Shown here piece after piece: positions 10,014 through 19,471 of a stretch of 64,000 nt of DNA. The notes below the pieces were generated by a model. It was not told the origin of the DNA. It ran no database searches and saw nothing but the letters and a program-made list of their open reading frames with translations. The position numbers were made by a program, and so were the translations under genes. The stretch comes from Planctomycetota bacterium (GTDB lineage Bacteria > Planctomycetota > UBA8108 > SXIK01). Location: assembly GCA_965223265.1 (NCBI GenBank), contig OZ244999.1, positions 5,056,001-5,120,000 on the forward strand, read 5' to 3'. Numbering within the stretch: the first letter of the stretch is position 1; each line of letters opens with the position of its first letter.

Positions 10014-11036
10014 TCACTTTGCCCCGGTGGCCTCGTCCTGACGAACCCCTTGCAGCGCGACGGTAGCGTGCTGTGTGAACTCAGCATAGCGCCCGCCAAG
10101 GTAGCTCAACTTGCCTTTGACGTCGATGACTGCCCAGTGCGGCGTGCGCGGAATCGCGTAGGCGCTCGCGATGTCGGAGTCGAAACCTTCGGCGGCGTGA
10201 AACTGCGGCCAGCGAACCGCCCAGTCCGCAACACCCGTCTCAAAGGTTTCCGCCGATCGATCGAGATTCACCGCGAGAACGACGATGCGGCCGCGCAGGT
10301 GGGGATACTCTTCCATAGTGCGAACCCGGCTGTCGGCGAGATCTTGGGCATTTGTTTTTTGCTGCTCATTCGCGGCGCGCCAAAAGCAGAGCAACACGAC
10401 GTTTCCTCGGAGCTCGGCGACGGAGTAACGCTTCGATTTGCGGTCCAGGTCGAAGGTGAGGTTGAATTCCGGCGCCTGCTGGTCACCTCGCGCGAGTTCG
10501 AGATAGCGAAAGTCCCGCGCGGCACGCTGCGACCATTCGCTCTGGGGATACGCGGTCGTCAATTGCTGCCAGTAGTCATACGCGCCGCGAAGCTCTCTGC
10601 CGGATCGCCGCGAGATCCGCGCGTAGTGGAGCCCGCGCAGGTACTGCTCCAGCCCGAGCACAAAGAGCGCCCGACTGCGCTGCTCGTCCGCTGGCGCGGC
10701 GACTGCGATCTCTTCGTAGAGGGCCTTCGAGCGCGCCCACTTGCCCGTGAGGCGGTGGAGCTCCGCCATCAACTCCCGCGCTTCGGAGGTAACCCCCGCA
10801 AGCTCAGGATGGCCGGCGCAGCGGAGGACGAACTCCTCCAAGTCCGCCGCCACACGGGCAGCGTTGAGTCGCACCGCGTATTCATCCGGGTAGCGTTCAC
10901 GCAGAGATTGGCGCAGCCGAGACCATTCCTCGGCAGTCGGTTTGGCGGCGGTGGAAGCGTTGTCGCCCGCTATCGCTGGCGCGAAGAGAAAAAGCAGACA
11001 AACAGTAGCCTGGAGGAAGAAACAACAGGTTCTCAC
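10014..11036 (-). CDS. exported TPR-like + TlpA/thioredoxin-fold protein lacking CxxC
   Basis: GTG start with GAGG SD and signal peptide; APEF..., LRGNVVLLCFWRAANE, LAVNLD, YAIPRTPHWAVIDVKG. Confidence 0.75.
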   Translation of the reverse strand: MRTCCFFLQATVCLLFLFAPAIAGDNASTAAKPTAEEWSRLRQSLRERYPDEYAVRLNAARVAADLEEFVLRCAGHPELAGVTSEARELMAELHRLTGKWARSKALYEEIAVAAPADEQRSRALFVLGLEQYLRGLHYARISRRSGRELRGAYDYWQQLTTAYPQSEWSQRAARDFRYLELARGDQQAPEFNLTFDLDRKSKRYSVAELRGNVVLLCFWRAANEQQKTNAQDLADSRVRTMEEYPHLRGRIVVLAVNLDRSAETFETGVADWAVRWPQFHAAEGFDSDIASAYAIPRTPHWAVIDVKGKLSYLGGRYAEFTQHATVALQGVRQDEATGAK

Positions 11037-11117
11037 TTTAACCTCATAGACGTGGGTCGGCTTGACTTCCGGCACCAAAAAAAATGCAATTTTTCCCTTG
11101 ACCTGAAACGAAAAGAC

Positions 11118-11145
11118 TTGACACTCGTCCTTCGTGGCATACAAT
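11118..11145 (+). promoter_or_regulatory. near-consensus sigma70 promoter
   Basis: TTGACA-N16-TACAAT with an A/T-rich upstream segment. Confidence 0.6.
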
Positions 11146-11151
11146 TTTTGA

Positions 11152-11862
11152 GCGAGAACGTTTGATTTGCCACGTGGAAAAAAGACCGTGGGTTCACAGG
11201 TGGTTGTTCTCGGTGGTCCTCGGCCGTAGTGACGGTCGAAGCCCAACCGGGCCGCTTGAGACTCGCCGCTGAGAGAGCAGCTCGAACGAAACGCTCGAAC
11301 AATCATGCTCGACCGAACGTAAGAGACGGCCGCACGAAAGAAAACGATCCGAGCGGATCAATGATGCGCGGACCAACAGTGCGCAGATCATTCACGCGCA
11401 GATTATTCACGCGCAGATCATTGATCTGCAGAGTAACAGTGACGCGCAGATCATTGATCTGCAGAGTAACAGTGCAGAGCCGGCTCCTCATGTCGCCGAC
11501 ATGGAGCTCAGACTCGGGACAGCCCAAACACCCAAGAAAGAACTAGCAAGCATTAGAAGCAGCTGTAGATCGATCATCTCCGATCGGTCACGCGAAGCCC
11601 TCCGCACCTGGGACGCGGCTGAGCGACGCGCCGAGATCGCAAACACGAGTCTAACAAGCGCAGCGAGCTGACGCAAGTTATCGAACCGCCGGACTGAACG
11701 CCACCGAGTTGTTCACGAACAACTCCCGGCGCTCGAGTCTACGAGAGACGGACAAAACAGAATAGAAAAGCCGAGGTTGTCCACCACCACGTAAAATCGA
11801 GGGATCACTCCACCAACCACCAGTTCCTCGGTTCCCTGGGCTTTTCTATCTTTGTCTCTTAG
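11152..11862 (+). ncRNA. candidate large structured non-coding RNA (~700 nt)
   Basis: Own promoter, no credible ORF, many hairpins including G-U pairs on the + strand, 5'/3' long-range complementarity, long terminal stem with a U-rich 3' arm. Confidence 0.45.
11381..11474. repeat. tandem repeats: 15-bp units plus an exact 33-bp duplication
   Basis: gcgcagatcattcac / gcgcagattattcac / gcgcagatcattgat; acgcgcagatcattgatctgcagagtaacagtg twice (11409-11441, 11442-11474). Confidence 0.9.
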
Positions 11863-11891
11863 CTCGCCTCGCTCTGTCCCCTAGCCCAGGC

Positions 11892-12182
11892 CTAGTCCTC
11901 ACGGGCGCCGGCGAGAGGATTGCGCAAGAAACGTCGCCAACACGCCGGACAAAGGTCAAACGCGAACGTCCGGTGAACGTCGTCTTGAGCCTCCGTTGCG
12001 TCTTGTCGCTCAAGCGCCTCGATCGTCGCCTTCATCTCCGCTTTGAGATCCCGGGCGAGCGAGTCCGTAGAGATCTCCAGCACGTCGTAGGCGGCGAACC
12101 CTTCCACCTTCAGGACGTATCGAACGTCGGAATCGAGAAGGAGATTGTCGTTGCAAGAGTCGCAAACTAAGCCGTCCACCAT
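11892..12182 (-). CDS. small putative Zn-binding protein (CxxC...CxxC)
   Basis: Strong SD aaggaggg; CDSC ... DLCPAC; 96 aa. Confidence 0.8.
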   Translation of the reverse strand: MVDGLVCDSCNDNLLLDSDVRYVLKVEGFAAYDVLEISTDSLARDLKAEMKATIEALERQDATEAQDDVHRTFAFDLCPACWRRFLRNPLAGARED

Positions 12183-12271
12183 CCCTCCTTCTCCCAAGCC
12201 GCTGACGCACTCGACCTCCACGAACAGCGCGCCCAACACGCCGCGCCAACACTCAACCCGCGGAGCACACG

Positions 12272-14197
12272 CTACTGGGCGGCAGAGCCGGAACGCCGTT
12301 TCGTAACAGCCTGGAGGTGCTGGTGCAGCTTGTCGAAGCGAGAGGTGAGTTCCTCACTGAGACTGAAGAGCGGAATCTCAGGTCGCTCAACTTGGGCATA
12401 GTAACCCAAACGCCCGACACCATCTACGGGACGCCCGATGCGAAGCGAAAAGGTCTCTTGTCTTCGATCCCGAAGATAGACGATGCGGACCTGCCAAGCC
12501 TCTCCCGGTTCGGCCAAGCCCGTGACGGCGGGATCAACGGTTTCGAAGAACTGCTCAGCGCGCAGTCGGTGACGATCAGTCGCGTTGACCAGTTCGTCGA
12601 CCAAACGGCTGTCAAGCTGTGCGCCGTCGACAAGGCTGCCGACCTCGAGCGCCCACGTTTCTTGTCCGACAGGTCGCAGAAGGTTCCAAAAACGACCGGC
12701 ACGTCCGATCTGAATTTCGACAACGCCTGCGGCGTTGACGTCAGAGATCGAGCGATCGTAAAAAGTGAACGCTCCCCCACTCAAAATCTTCGGCACCGGA
12801 GAGAACACCAAGTACCCCCCGACTTCGCTGCTACGCGCGGCAAAGAACACGTCGGAGTCGGCGTCGAGCGGATCGGTAGAGCGATCACCGAGCAAGATCT
12901 CCTCCTGGCGGCCAGACTGCAACTTGACGGTGATGCGAATCGCCGCTGGGTCTAGATTGACAGAGGTGCGATCCAGAGCATCCAAGAACTTTTCGATCGG
13001 CATTCTTCCAAGCTCACCGATCAGGTTCGCGATCCGCTCTTCGTCGCCCGTGAAAACGTCATTCTGGGCAGCGCGGTGGACGCGCCAGATTTCTTTCGTA
13101 CGCTGCGATTCTGATGGCTCTTCGACTTCCATTCTTGTCATGACGTACTCAGCTTCAGGAACGCGCGTCGAGATCGCCACACTCTTGACGTCGACGAAAT
13201 CCCAGTCGAGCAGGTATCGACTACGAAAAAAATCTGCGTCCTTCGCTGCGTACGTAGCGACGTCATTCGCGGCGGTGAACACGAACGGACGATCACGGTG
13301 GCGCACATGTACGAGCTTCCGTCCGCTCACCTCAAACGGCGGACTCACGTCGAGCGTCAGCGACTGTCCGCCTAACCGTTCGATCGTGAGAGTGATGGCG
13401 GGGTTATCGAGACCATACTTTGCCAGCTCTTCAGGGCGCTCCGCTGCTTCGTCGACAAAATCGACGACGGCCCAAGAGTTCAAGTCAGCCACGAGTTTTC
13501 CGACGTTCTCCCGGTCAGCCGGTACGTCAACAGGCTTGGTCATTCGCCACTCTCGCGATTCCTTGCCATAGGTGAGCTCCACCGCGTGGTCGGTGTGTAT
13601 GTTCACTCGGCTCACCTCGTCGGGCGGGATTGGAACCAGTGCGCGAGAGCGCAGCTCGTCAAGTGTGACGACGAAAGCCTGCCGCATGTCTTTGCGCGTC
13701 CAGAAAAACTCACCGTCGACACGCACAGCTGTGAAGTGCACGGAATCGTCCGGGTGATCATCCCCGATCTCGATAACGACCTCTCTTCCGGAGGCGGTCT
13801 TCAAATCAATCCGTGCGAACGCATTCTCTGCAAAGGCCTCCGCATCCTTATCTTCACGAATCTCACCGACGCGCACCATGTCGACGATGGCGAAGATGAG
13901 CCCTTGTACCCGTGGGTGAAACGCTGGAAAGTGAAACGGCTCCACCACCCACCACCGCGGCAACTGTTGCTTGTGGCTTTCGTACTTGAGTGCAATCGGA
14001 CGAGCATCAACGCCAACTTCCGCGTCAAGGAGAGCCGACGGCCTGGCGATCGAAAGTGCGACGACATCGGACGGCTCCAGATCAGAGAACACACGTCCGC
14101 GTCGCTCCCAGACCGGTGCACTCATTTCGAAGAACCGAACGTAGAGAGTGAGGAGCACGGCGATGGCGAGCAGTTTCGCATTCGATGCCCAGGTCAT
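12272..14197 (-). CDS. DUF4340-domain periplasmic accessory protein
   Basis: N-terminal anchor; repeated W..(P)...AD...V..L and YGLDNP modules; follows the GldG-like gene. Confidence 0.75.
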   Translation of the reverse strand: MTWASNAKLLAIAVLLTLYVRFFEMSAPVWERRGRVFSDLEPSDVVALSIARPSALLDAEVGVDARPIALKYESHKQQLPRWWVVEPFHFPAFHPRVQGLIFAIVDMVRVGEIREDKDAEAFAENAFARIDLKTASGREVVIEIGDDHPDDSVHFTAVRVDGEFFWTRKDMRQAFVVTLDELRSRALVPIPPDEVSRVNIHTDHAVELTYGKESREWRMTKPVDVPADRENVGKLVADLNSWAVVDFVDEAAERPEELAKYGLDNPAITLTIERLGGQSLTLDVSPPFEVSGRKLVHVRHRDRPFVFTAANDVATYAAKDADFFRSRYLLDWDFVDVKSVAISTRVPEAEYVMTRMEVEEPSESQRTKEIWRVHRAAQNDVFTGDEERIANLIGELGRMPIEKFLDALDRTSVNLDPAAIRITVKLQSGRQEEILLGDRSTDPLDADSDVFFAARSSEVGGYLVFSPVPKILSGGAFTFYDRSISDVNAAGVVEIQIGRAGRFWNLLRPVGQETWALEVGSLVDGAQLDSRLVDELVNATDRHRLRAEQFFETVDPAVTGLAEPGEAWQVRIVYLRDRRQETFSLRIGRPVDGVGRLGYYAQVERPEIPLFSLSEELTSRFDKLHQHLQAVTKRRSGSAAQ

Positions 14198-14198
14198 T

Positions 14199-15728
14199 TC
14201 ACTTTCGCCTCACAAAATACACGATCGCGCCAACGAGGACGAACAGGCCCGGAAACACAATCACCGGCACCCAAAAGAGAAACCTCTCGATTTGCCGGCT
14301 ACTCCGAAGCGTCCGACGCGTCCACTCTTGGTTGCCGAACGTTGCTTTCTCTTCTTCGCCAGCAAGCCATGCCACCGCGTTCAGCGTGAAGTCACGGTGA
14401 CTACGTTGCAGCAGGCTATGGTCGTGCAAAAAACTCGCCGACGAAACGACGACGAGTCGGTAGTCGCGGTGCTGAAAATCCGGAGGGGGGCGATCGGGGA
14501 CAAACTGCGACAGCGCTGCACCCACAACGAAATCTCCCGGTTCCGGAAGTTGTCGCGTTTCCCGCGTCAAACGGTGGTAGTAGAGTACACCCTCGGTCTT
14601 CGATGAGACGAGGTCGAGAAGACGAGCAGCCTCGACACCGAGAGCTTTGGCTTTGAGGACGAGTGGCCGCGGCGCGAACATCATCATCTCGAACGCGGCA
14701 GCTTGGGCGAATACGTCGGTAATCGGATGCGTCGTGCTGTGGCGCTGGACAATCGAATTCTCCGATTGCTGCACAGTGGCCGCCAATTGACGGCGCTCGA
14801 CGATCGAACCGGTCAGCGCCTCGATCCCCCACGACTCCAAAAGCGTCTCGATGCCGGTCACCTTCGGTCCGAGGGCGACGAAGAGACGCCCACCTTGTTG
14901 CAGGTACGCCTCCAACACATCGAGCTCGTTTTGCGAGAAGGACTCCAGCGGTCGTATCACAAACAGGATAGCGCAGTCTGAGGGGATGCTGTTGACCCGC
15001 GACAAAGCGAGCGGTCGCGCCTCGTATCCTGAGGTCTCGAGCTCCCGCTTCAGGGTCGCGGCGCTCGGCTCGGTCCCAACGACATTCAAACGCAGCTCTT
15101 GCTTGTCCTGCGTGAAGTAAACAGGACGGCGCTGCAGATTGATGAGACGCGTGATCGCTGCGGTCAATGCCGACTCGCCGAGGAACGCTTTCACCTCAGG
15201 TTCCTCAATGGCCGCGTCTCTCACCTCTCCGAACAGCGCAAGATCCCTCGGGGTCACCGTCTGACGGTACTCGCCTGCATCACCTGAGACGAAAATGAAC
15301 CGATTCCGTTGAGTCACTGCTAGGTCGTAACGCTCCCGGACCTGCAACCAACGCCCATCTTCGACAAGGATATCGATCTCTTCCAACTCAATGAGCGGCT
15401 GAACGGCCATGTATTCTCGCAGCAGCAAACGTGCACGCATCAAGACCTTAAGGTGAGCCCGCTCCAGGTTGCTCTGCGACGAGTACAACTTCGGAAAGAC
15501 GACCCGAATCTTATGGTTGACAGCAGCCAAGCGCGCGAGCGTTTCACGTGACAACGTATTTAAGCTCTCCGCAGTCAGATCGAAGCGGGCGGGGTGGCGA
15601 AAGATGATCAGATTGAGAATCAACAGGATGTAGAACGCCAGGAAGACGCCGACGAGCAGCTGTAGACGCCCACTCCAACGCTTGCCACGACTGAAAGTTT
15701 TCGCCCGTTTCACTTCCAACTCCTTCAT
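14199..15728 (-). CDS. GldG-like ABC-type uncharacterised transport accessory protein
   Basis: N- and C-terminal TM helices, RFDLT...TLS..T, DFTLNAVAWL; ATGA overlap with the permease stop. Confidence 0.8.
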   Translation of the reverse strand: MKELEVKRAKTFSRGKRWSGRLQLLVGVFLAFYILLILNLIIFRHPARFDLTAESLNTLSRETLARLAAVNHKIRVVFPKLYSSQSNLERAHLKVLMRARLLLREYMAVQPLIELEEIDILVEDGRWLQVRERYDLAVTQRNRFIFVSGDAGEYRQTVTPRDLALFGEVRDAAIEEPEVKAFLGESALTAAITRLINLQRRPVYFTQDKQELRLNVVGTEPSAATLKRELETSGYEARPLALSRVNSIPSDCAILFVIRPLESFSQNELDVLEAYLQQGGRLFVALGPKVTGIETLLESWGIEALTGSIVERRQLAATVQQSENSIVQRHSTTHPITDVFAQAAAFEMMMFAPRPLVLKAKALGVEAARLLDLVSSKTEGVLYYHRLTRETRQLPEPGDFVVGAALSQFVPDRPPPDFQHRDYRLVVVSSASFLHDHSLLQRSHRDFTLNAVAWLAGEEEKATFGNQEWTRRTLRSSRQIERFLFWVPVIVFPGLFVLVGAIVYFVRRK

Positions 15729-16471
15729 CGCCATTTGCGAGCCTCGACGATACGAACCGAAAAGAGCAGGAACAACGCTGCGAATGAAACGTAAAAGAAA
15801 ACGTAGCGCAGGTCCACGATCCCGCGCGTGTAGTCAGTGCTGAAGTGAGAGGTGTAGCTGACATACCGAATCAATCGAACGACCTCAGGATCATGCCGAA
15901 AGAGGGCGTACAACATCGACACCAGCGTCAGCAGCAAATTGCCGGTGAGCGCGAGGATCGCAGCGATGAGCTGATTGCGCGTGCCGGCAGACGTCAGCAG
16001 TCCAATCGAATTGGTCAAGAGACCCAACGAGAAGAGACCGATGTAGACGGCGATCACCGGCCCCCAATCAGGACTACCGAGGACCTCGAGTATGAAAAGG
16101 AGCGGCAGCATCGTCAACCAAACGAACATGTAGAACGTTTGCGCGGCGAAAAACTTGCCTAGGACGACTTCGACCTCACGCACCGGCGCAGTCATCAACA
16201 TCTCAAGGCTCCCGGTGCGTTTCTCCTCGGCAAACAGTCTCATGGTCAGAAGTGGCGAAAGAGGTAGGATCCAGATCAAGTTGAGACCAAAGAGACTCTC
16301 CACGATGAGAGTGATTTGCTGAGGCTGCCCCGCGTGATAGCGACAGTAGTACAAAAACAAGATGCCGTTCGTCAGCGCGAACAGAAAGAGAACCACGTAG
16401 GCCATCGGCGAGTAGAAGTAGGCACCGAACTCGCGGAGAAAGATGGATACCGAGTTTCTCACAAGCGTCAT
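15725..16471 (-). CDS. ABC-2 type permease (GldF-like)
   Basis: REF.AYFYSPMAY, PLLTMRLFAEEKRTGSLEMLMTAP, VVLGKF. Confidence 0.9.
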   Translation of the reverse strand: MTLVRNSVSIFLREFGAYFYSPMAYVVLFLFALTNGILFLYYCRYHAGQPQQITLIVESLFGLNLIWILPLSPLLTMRLFAEEKRTGSLEMLMTAPVREVEVVLGKFFAAQTFYMFVWLTMLPLLFILEVLGSPDWGPVIAVYIGLFSLGLLTNSIGLLTSAGTRNQLIAAILALTGNLLLTLVSMLYALFRHDPEVVRLIRYVSYTSHFSTDYTRGIVDLRYVFFYVSFAALFLLFSVRIVEARKWR

Positions 16472-16564
16472 AGGTGTGCGCGCCAGTCGGCGGCCTCGTC
16501 ACTTCTTCTTTTTTCTGAGCGGAAATTCGAGATCAATCTGTCGCGGCGCGACGGTTGTTTCCAA

Positions 16565-17506
16565 CTACGCCACGGCCTGCTCGATGATATCCACGAACAC
16601 GTCCTCGAGCGGGCGTTCTTCGCTGCGCAGTTCGCGCAGACTCCAGTCATGCTTGCGGACCGTCTCGAAGACAAACGGGCGAATGTCAAGGTCACCGCTG
16701 ACGTCGATGACGAAACGACGATACCCATCATCGACGTCAGCCGAGACTTCAACTCGGTGGATTCCGTCACCGTGCCGGAGAGCGGTTCTTGCGTCCTTCG
16801 CCGGCGCGGCGATCTCGGCGATGACACGCAGTGAGCTACCGAATCGTTTGCGGAGCCCAGAAGCCGCATCCCTAGCGACGATCGTGCCCTTGTTGATGAT
16901 CACAACGCTCGAACAGACCAGCTCGACCTCGCTGAGGATATGCGTCGACAGAACGACGGTCCGGTCTGCACCCACATTTTTCAGCAATTGACGGAACTGT
17001 CGCACTTGCTCGGGGTCAAGCCCGACGGTCGGTTCATCCAAGATGAGAACCTTCGGTTCCGCGAGAAGCGCGTCGGCAAGACCGACGCGCTGACGATATC
17101 CTCGCGAGAGCGTGCCGATGATCCGCCGCCCCACAGCCTCGATGTCTGTGGCGCGCAGCGCTTTCTCGATCAGCCGCCGGCGATCGCGCCGTGGGACCTG
17201 CTTAATGCGAGCTCGGAACTTCAGATACTCCGTCACGCGCATCTCCGGGTAAAGGGGGACGCCCTCCGGCAAGTATCCCATCGACTGCCGTACGCGTACG
17301 GACTCCGTGCGTACGTCAGCACCAGCGACGCGAACCGTGCCGCTGTCGCCAGGCAAAAAGCCCGTAATGATGCGCATCGTCGTCGATTTACCGGCGCCGT
17401 TCGGCCCGAGAAACCCGAGAATCTCCCCCTCCTGGACAGAAAAAGAAACCCGATCGAGCGCCTGCACACCACTGAACGACTTGGAAAGCTCGTGGACTTC
17501 AATCAA
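16565..17506 (-). CDS. ABC transporter ATP-binding protein (GldA-like)
   Basis: GPNGAGKST, LSRGYRQRVG, ILDEPT, STH. Confidence 0.93.
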   Translation of the reverse strand: MIEVHELSKSFSGVQALDRVSFSVQEGEILGFLGPNGAGKSTTMRIITGFLPGDSGTVRVAGADVRTESVRVRQSMGYLPEGVPLYPEMRVTEYLKFRARIKQVPRRDRRRLIEKALRATDIEAVGRRIIGTLSRGYRQRVGLADALLAEPKVLILDEPTVGLDPEQVRQFRQLLKNVGADRTVVLSTHILSEVELVCSSVVIINKGTIVARDAASGLRKRFGSSLRVIAEIAAPAKDARTALRHGDGIHRVEVSADVDDGYRRFVIDVSGDLDIRPFVFETVRKHDWSLRELRSEERPLEDVFVDIIEQAVA

Positions 17507-17821
17507 CAGACGTCTCCATGGGCCGGTTTATCTCAAAGGGAGGAGGAGCCAATGGCTGTGAGCGACCATTGTAGAGAGCACGACGGCGTTTGCCAGACGC
17601 TAGGTAGCTGCACACGACTCTGAATGAGCCGGCCATTGACGGCCGCAGTAGCGGCAACTTGAGCAGGCATCCTGTCCAGACGAGAATCGAGCGGGCAACG
17701 TTGCATGGATTCGAAGGAGCCGCAGCGGCAGGTTGGTGAAAACGGGGCAGGGGCGGGTGGAAGAAGGTCAAGTGCGGCCTGAGCCATCTAACAGCCCAGG
17801 GAGAAGGACAAGGCGGGAGGT

Positions 17822-19273
17822 TCAATAGGAGCGGCGTTCGCGCGAGGAGGCGATGCCTTCAGCCTCGCGATACTTTGCGACTGTGCGGCGAGAGATGTGA
17901 ATCTGGTGCTGTTCGGCGAGAGTTCGCGCAATATCGATATCGCTGAGCGGCTGTTCCTTGCTCTCCTCGGCGATCATCTTTTTGATGCGCTCGATAATGC
18001 TGCCACGCGCCTCGGTGCTTCCATCGGACTTCGTTGCCCCTCCAGTGAAGAAAAACTTCATCGGATAGATTCCACGCGGCGTCTGCATGTATTTGTCGCT
18101 GATAGCGCGACTGATCGTCGAGACATGCACGCCGACACGTTCGGCAACTTCGACCATCTTGAGCGGCTTGAGGCGAGAGACACCGTGGTCGAGAAACCCA
18201 GCCTGGATCTCAACCAGTTCGTTCGCAATGCGCTGGAGCGTTGACTGACGTTGCCGGATCGCGGCCATGAGCCATTCGGCACCATCGATCTTCTTCTTCA
18301 GATACTTGCGGATCTCGGGGTCACTACGCTGCTTGTAGAGCGTGTGGTAGTGGGGACTGATACGGAGCCGAGGCAAGTAGTCCGCCTCCACGCGCACGAC
18401 ATACTTTCCCTCGACCTCCTCGACGATGACGTCGGGCTTGATGAACCGAGGCGTTTCGCCACCGAACAACAGCCCCGGCCTGGGGTTCAAACTGGCGATG
18501 TTCTCGGCGGCCACCTTGACCATATCGATCGTGACCCCAAGACTCTTCGCGATCTTCGGCAAACGGTTGTGCCCCAGATCGGCGAGGTGTTCCCGCACGA
18601 TTCGCTCTTCGAGAGGGTATTGCTGAGGATCCCGCCGAAGCTGCAGCAACAAGCATTCCTGGAGATCTCGTCCGCCGATTCCTGGAGGGTCGACTCCCTG
18701 GACGACGCGCAGTGCCCGCTCGAGATCTTCGAGGGAAGGCCGCGGCTCTTCAAGCGACGCGAAGATCTCATCGAGTGAATACATGAGGTAGCCGCGATTG
18801 TCGATGTTGTAGATGAAACTCCGACAAAGGTCCCTGATGCGGTCGAGTCCGGTTTCAGTACCTGCAAGTCGCGCCAACTCTTTGGTATCGAGGAGATCGA
18901 CCTGAGTCTCAAGGTGCTCTTGGAGAGACTCTGGACGCCCCTCAGTGTTGCTCAGTGCCTCCAGCTTGCCGTCTCTCTCGCCGGAATATGAACGCCGCGT
19001 CGACGCTTCCTCGCGAGCATAATCCGTCCAGCGCTCGAACCGCTCCTCGAAGTTGTCACCGCTGGGATCACGGTCCTCGAGCGACTCGCGCTCGGTGTCC
19101 TTTGGCGCCTCCGCAACCTCGAGTGCGACGTTGTTGCCCACTTCGGTCTCGATGCGCTCTTCCAGGTCGAGCGAGTTCAGGCACAGAATCTCCATCGACA
19201 TGTACATCTGCGGAGACAGTGTCTGAATCTGTTTGATGGTCTGCTGCTGAGAGAGACCAAGCTCCATTCTCAT
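17822..19273 (-). CDS. rpoN: RNA polymerase sigma-54 factor
   Basis: Q-rich region I, DPPGIGGRDLQECL, HVSTISRA, RpoN box SRRTVAKYRE. Confidence 0.97.
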   Translation of the reverse strand: MRMELGLSQQQTIKQIQTLSPQMYMSMEILCLNSLDLEERIETEVGNNVALEVAEAPKDTERESLEDRDPSGDNFEERFERWTDYAREEASTRRSYSGERDGKLEALSNTEGRPESLQEHLETQVDLLDTKELARLAGTETGLDRIRDLCRSFIYNIDNRGYLMYSLDEIFASLEEPRPSLEDLERALRVVQGVDPPGIGGRDLQECLLLQLRRDPQQYPLEERIVREHLADLGHNRLPKIAKSLGVTIDMVKVAAENIASLNPRPGLLFGGETPRFIKPDVIVEEVEGKYVVRVEADYLPRLRISPHYHTLYKQRSDPEIRKYLKKKIDGAEWLMAAIRQRQSTLQRIANELVEIQAGFLDHGVSRLKPLKMVEVAERVGVHVSTISRAISDKYMQTPRGIYPMKFFFTGGATKSDGSTEARGSIIERIKKMIAEESKEQPLSDIDIARTLAEQHQIHISRRTVAKYREAEGIASSRERRSY

Positions 19274-19347
19274 ACGCTGGAAGCCCTAACCGAAAGCCTG
19301 AGGTCGCGGACCCCACGGGGGATCCGACGCTTGAGACCGCAGGAATT

Positions 19348-19414
19348 AGTATAGCAGTGAAGCCCCCGTGGTCGACAAGGCACTATGCCTAAGTTTATCC
19401 AATTAAACAGCTTA
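19348..19414 (-). promoter_or_regulatory. rpoN promoter (extended -10) with upstream TAAGT-N15-GCTTA site
   Basis: TGcTATACT at 19348-19356 on the minus strand; palindromic site at 19390-19414. Confidence 0.45.
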
Positions 19415-19471
19415 CAACAAAGGCCGAGGCGTCACCAAGGGCCAAACGAGCCTCATTTATAAGCAAATTCC

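Noticed and set aside
11381-11474. CRISPR array
   Set aside because: The repeats are directly tandem with no unique spacers, and there are no cas genes.
11229-11676. Small ORFs 11229..11546 (+), 11303..11527 (-) and 11488..11676 (-)
   Set aside because: No clear SD and no recognisable protein features; their repetitive content derives from the DNA repeats.
11150-11800. oriC (TTATTCACG/TTGTCCACC DnaA-box-like words and GATC sites)
   Set aside because: All boxes are mismatched, GATC is common throughout the window, there is no dnaA/dnaN or clear unwinding element, and the local gene orientation is not divergent. Not fully excluded.
11630-11815. tmRNA: a tag-like frame gca aac acg... (ANTSLTSAAS*) and a ctccacca word
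   Set aside because: No GGGG acceptor 5' strand or T-loop (GTTCRA) at the required positions, and the tag does not end in AA.
16468-16869. ORF between the ABC ATPase and the permease
   Set aside because: It mostly overlaps the ATPase in another frame and has Ser/Arg-rich shadow composition.
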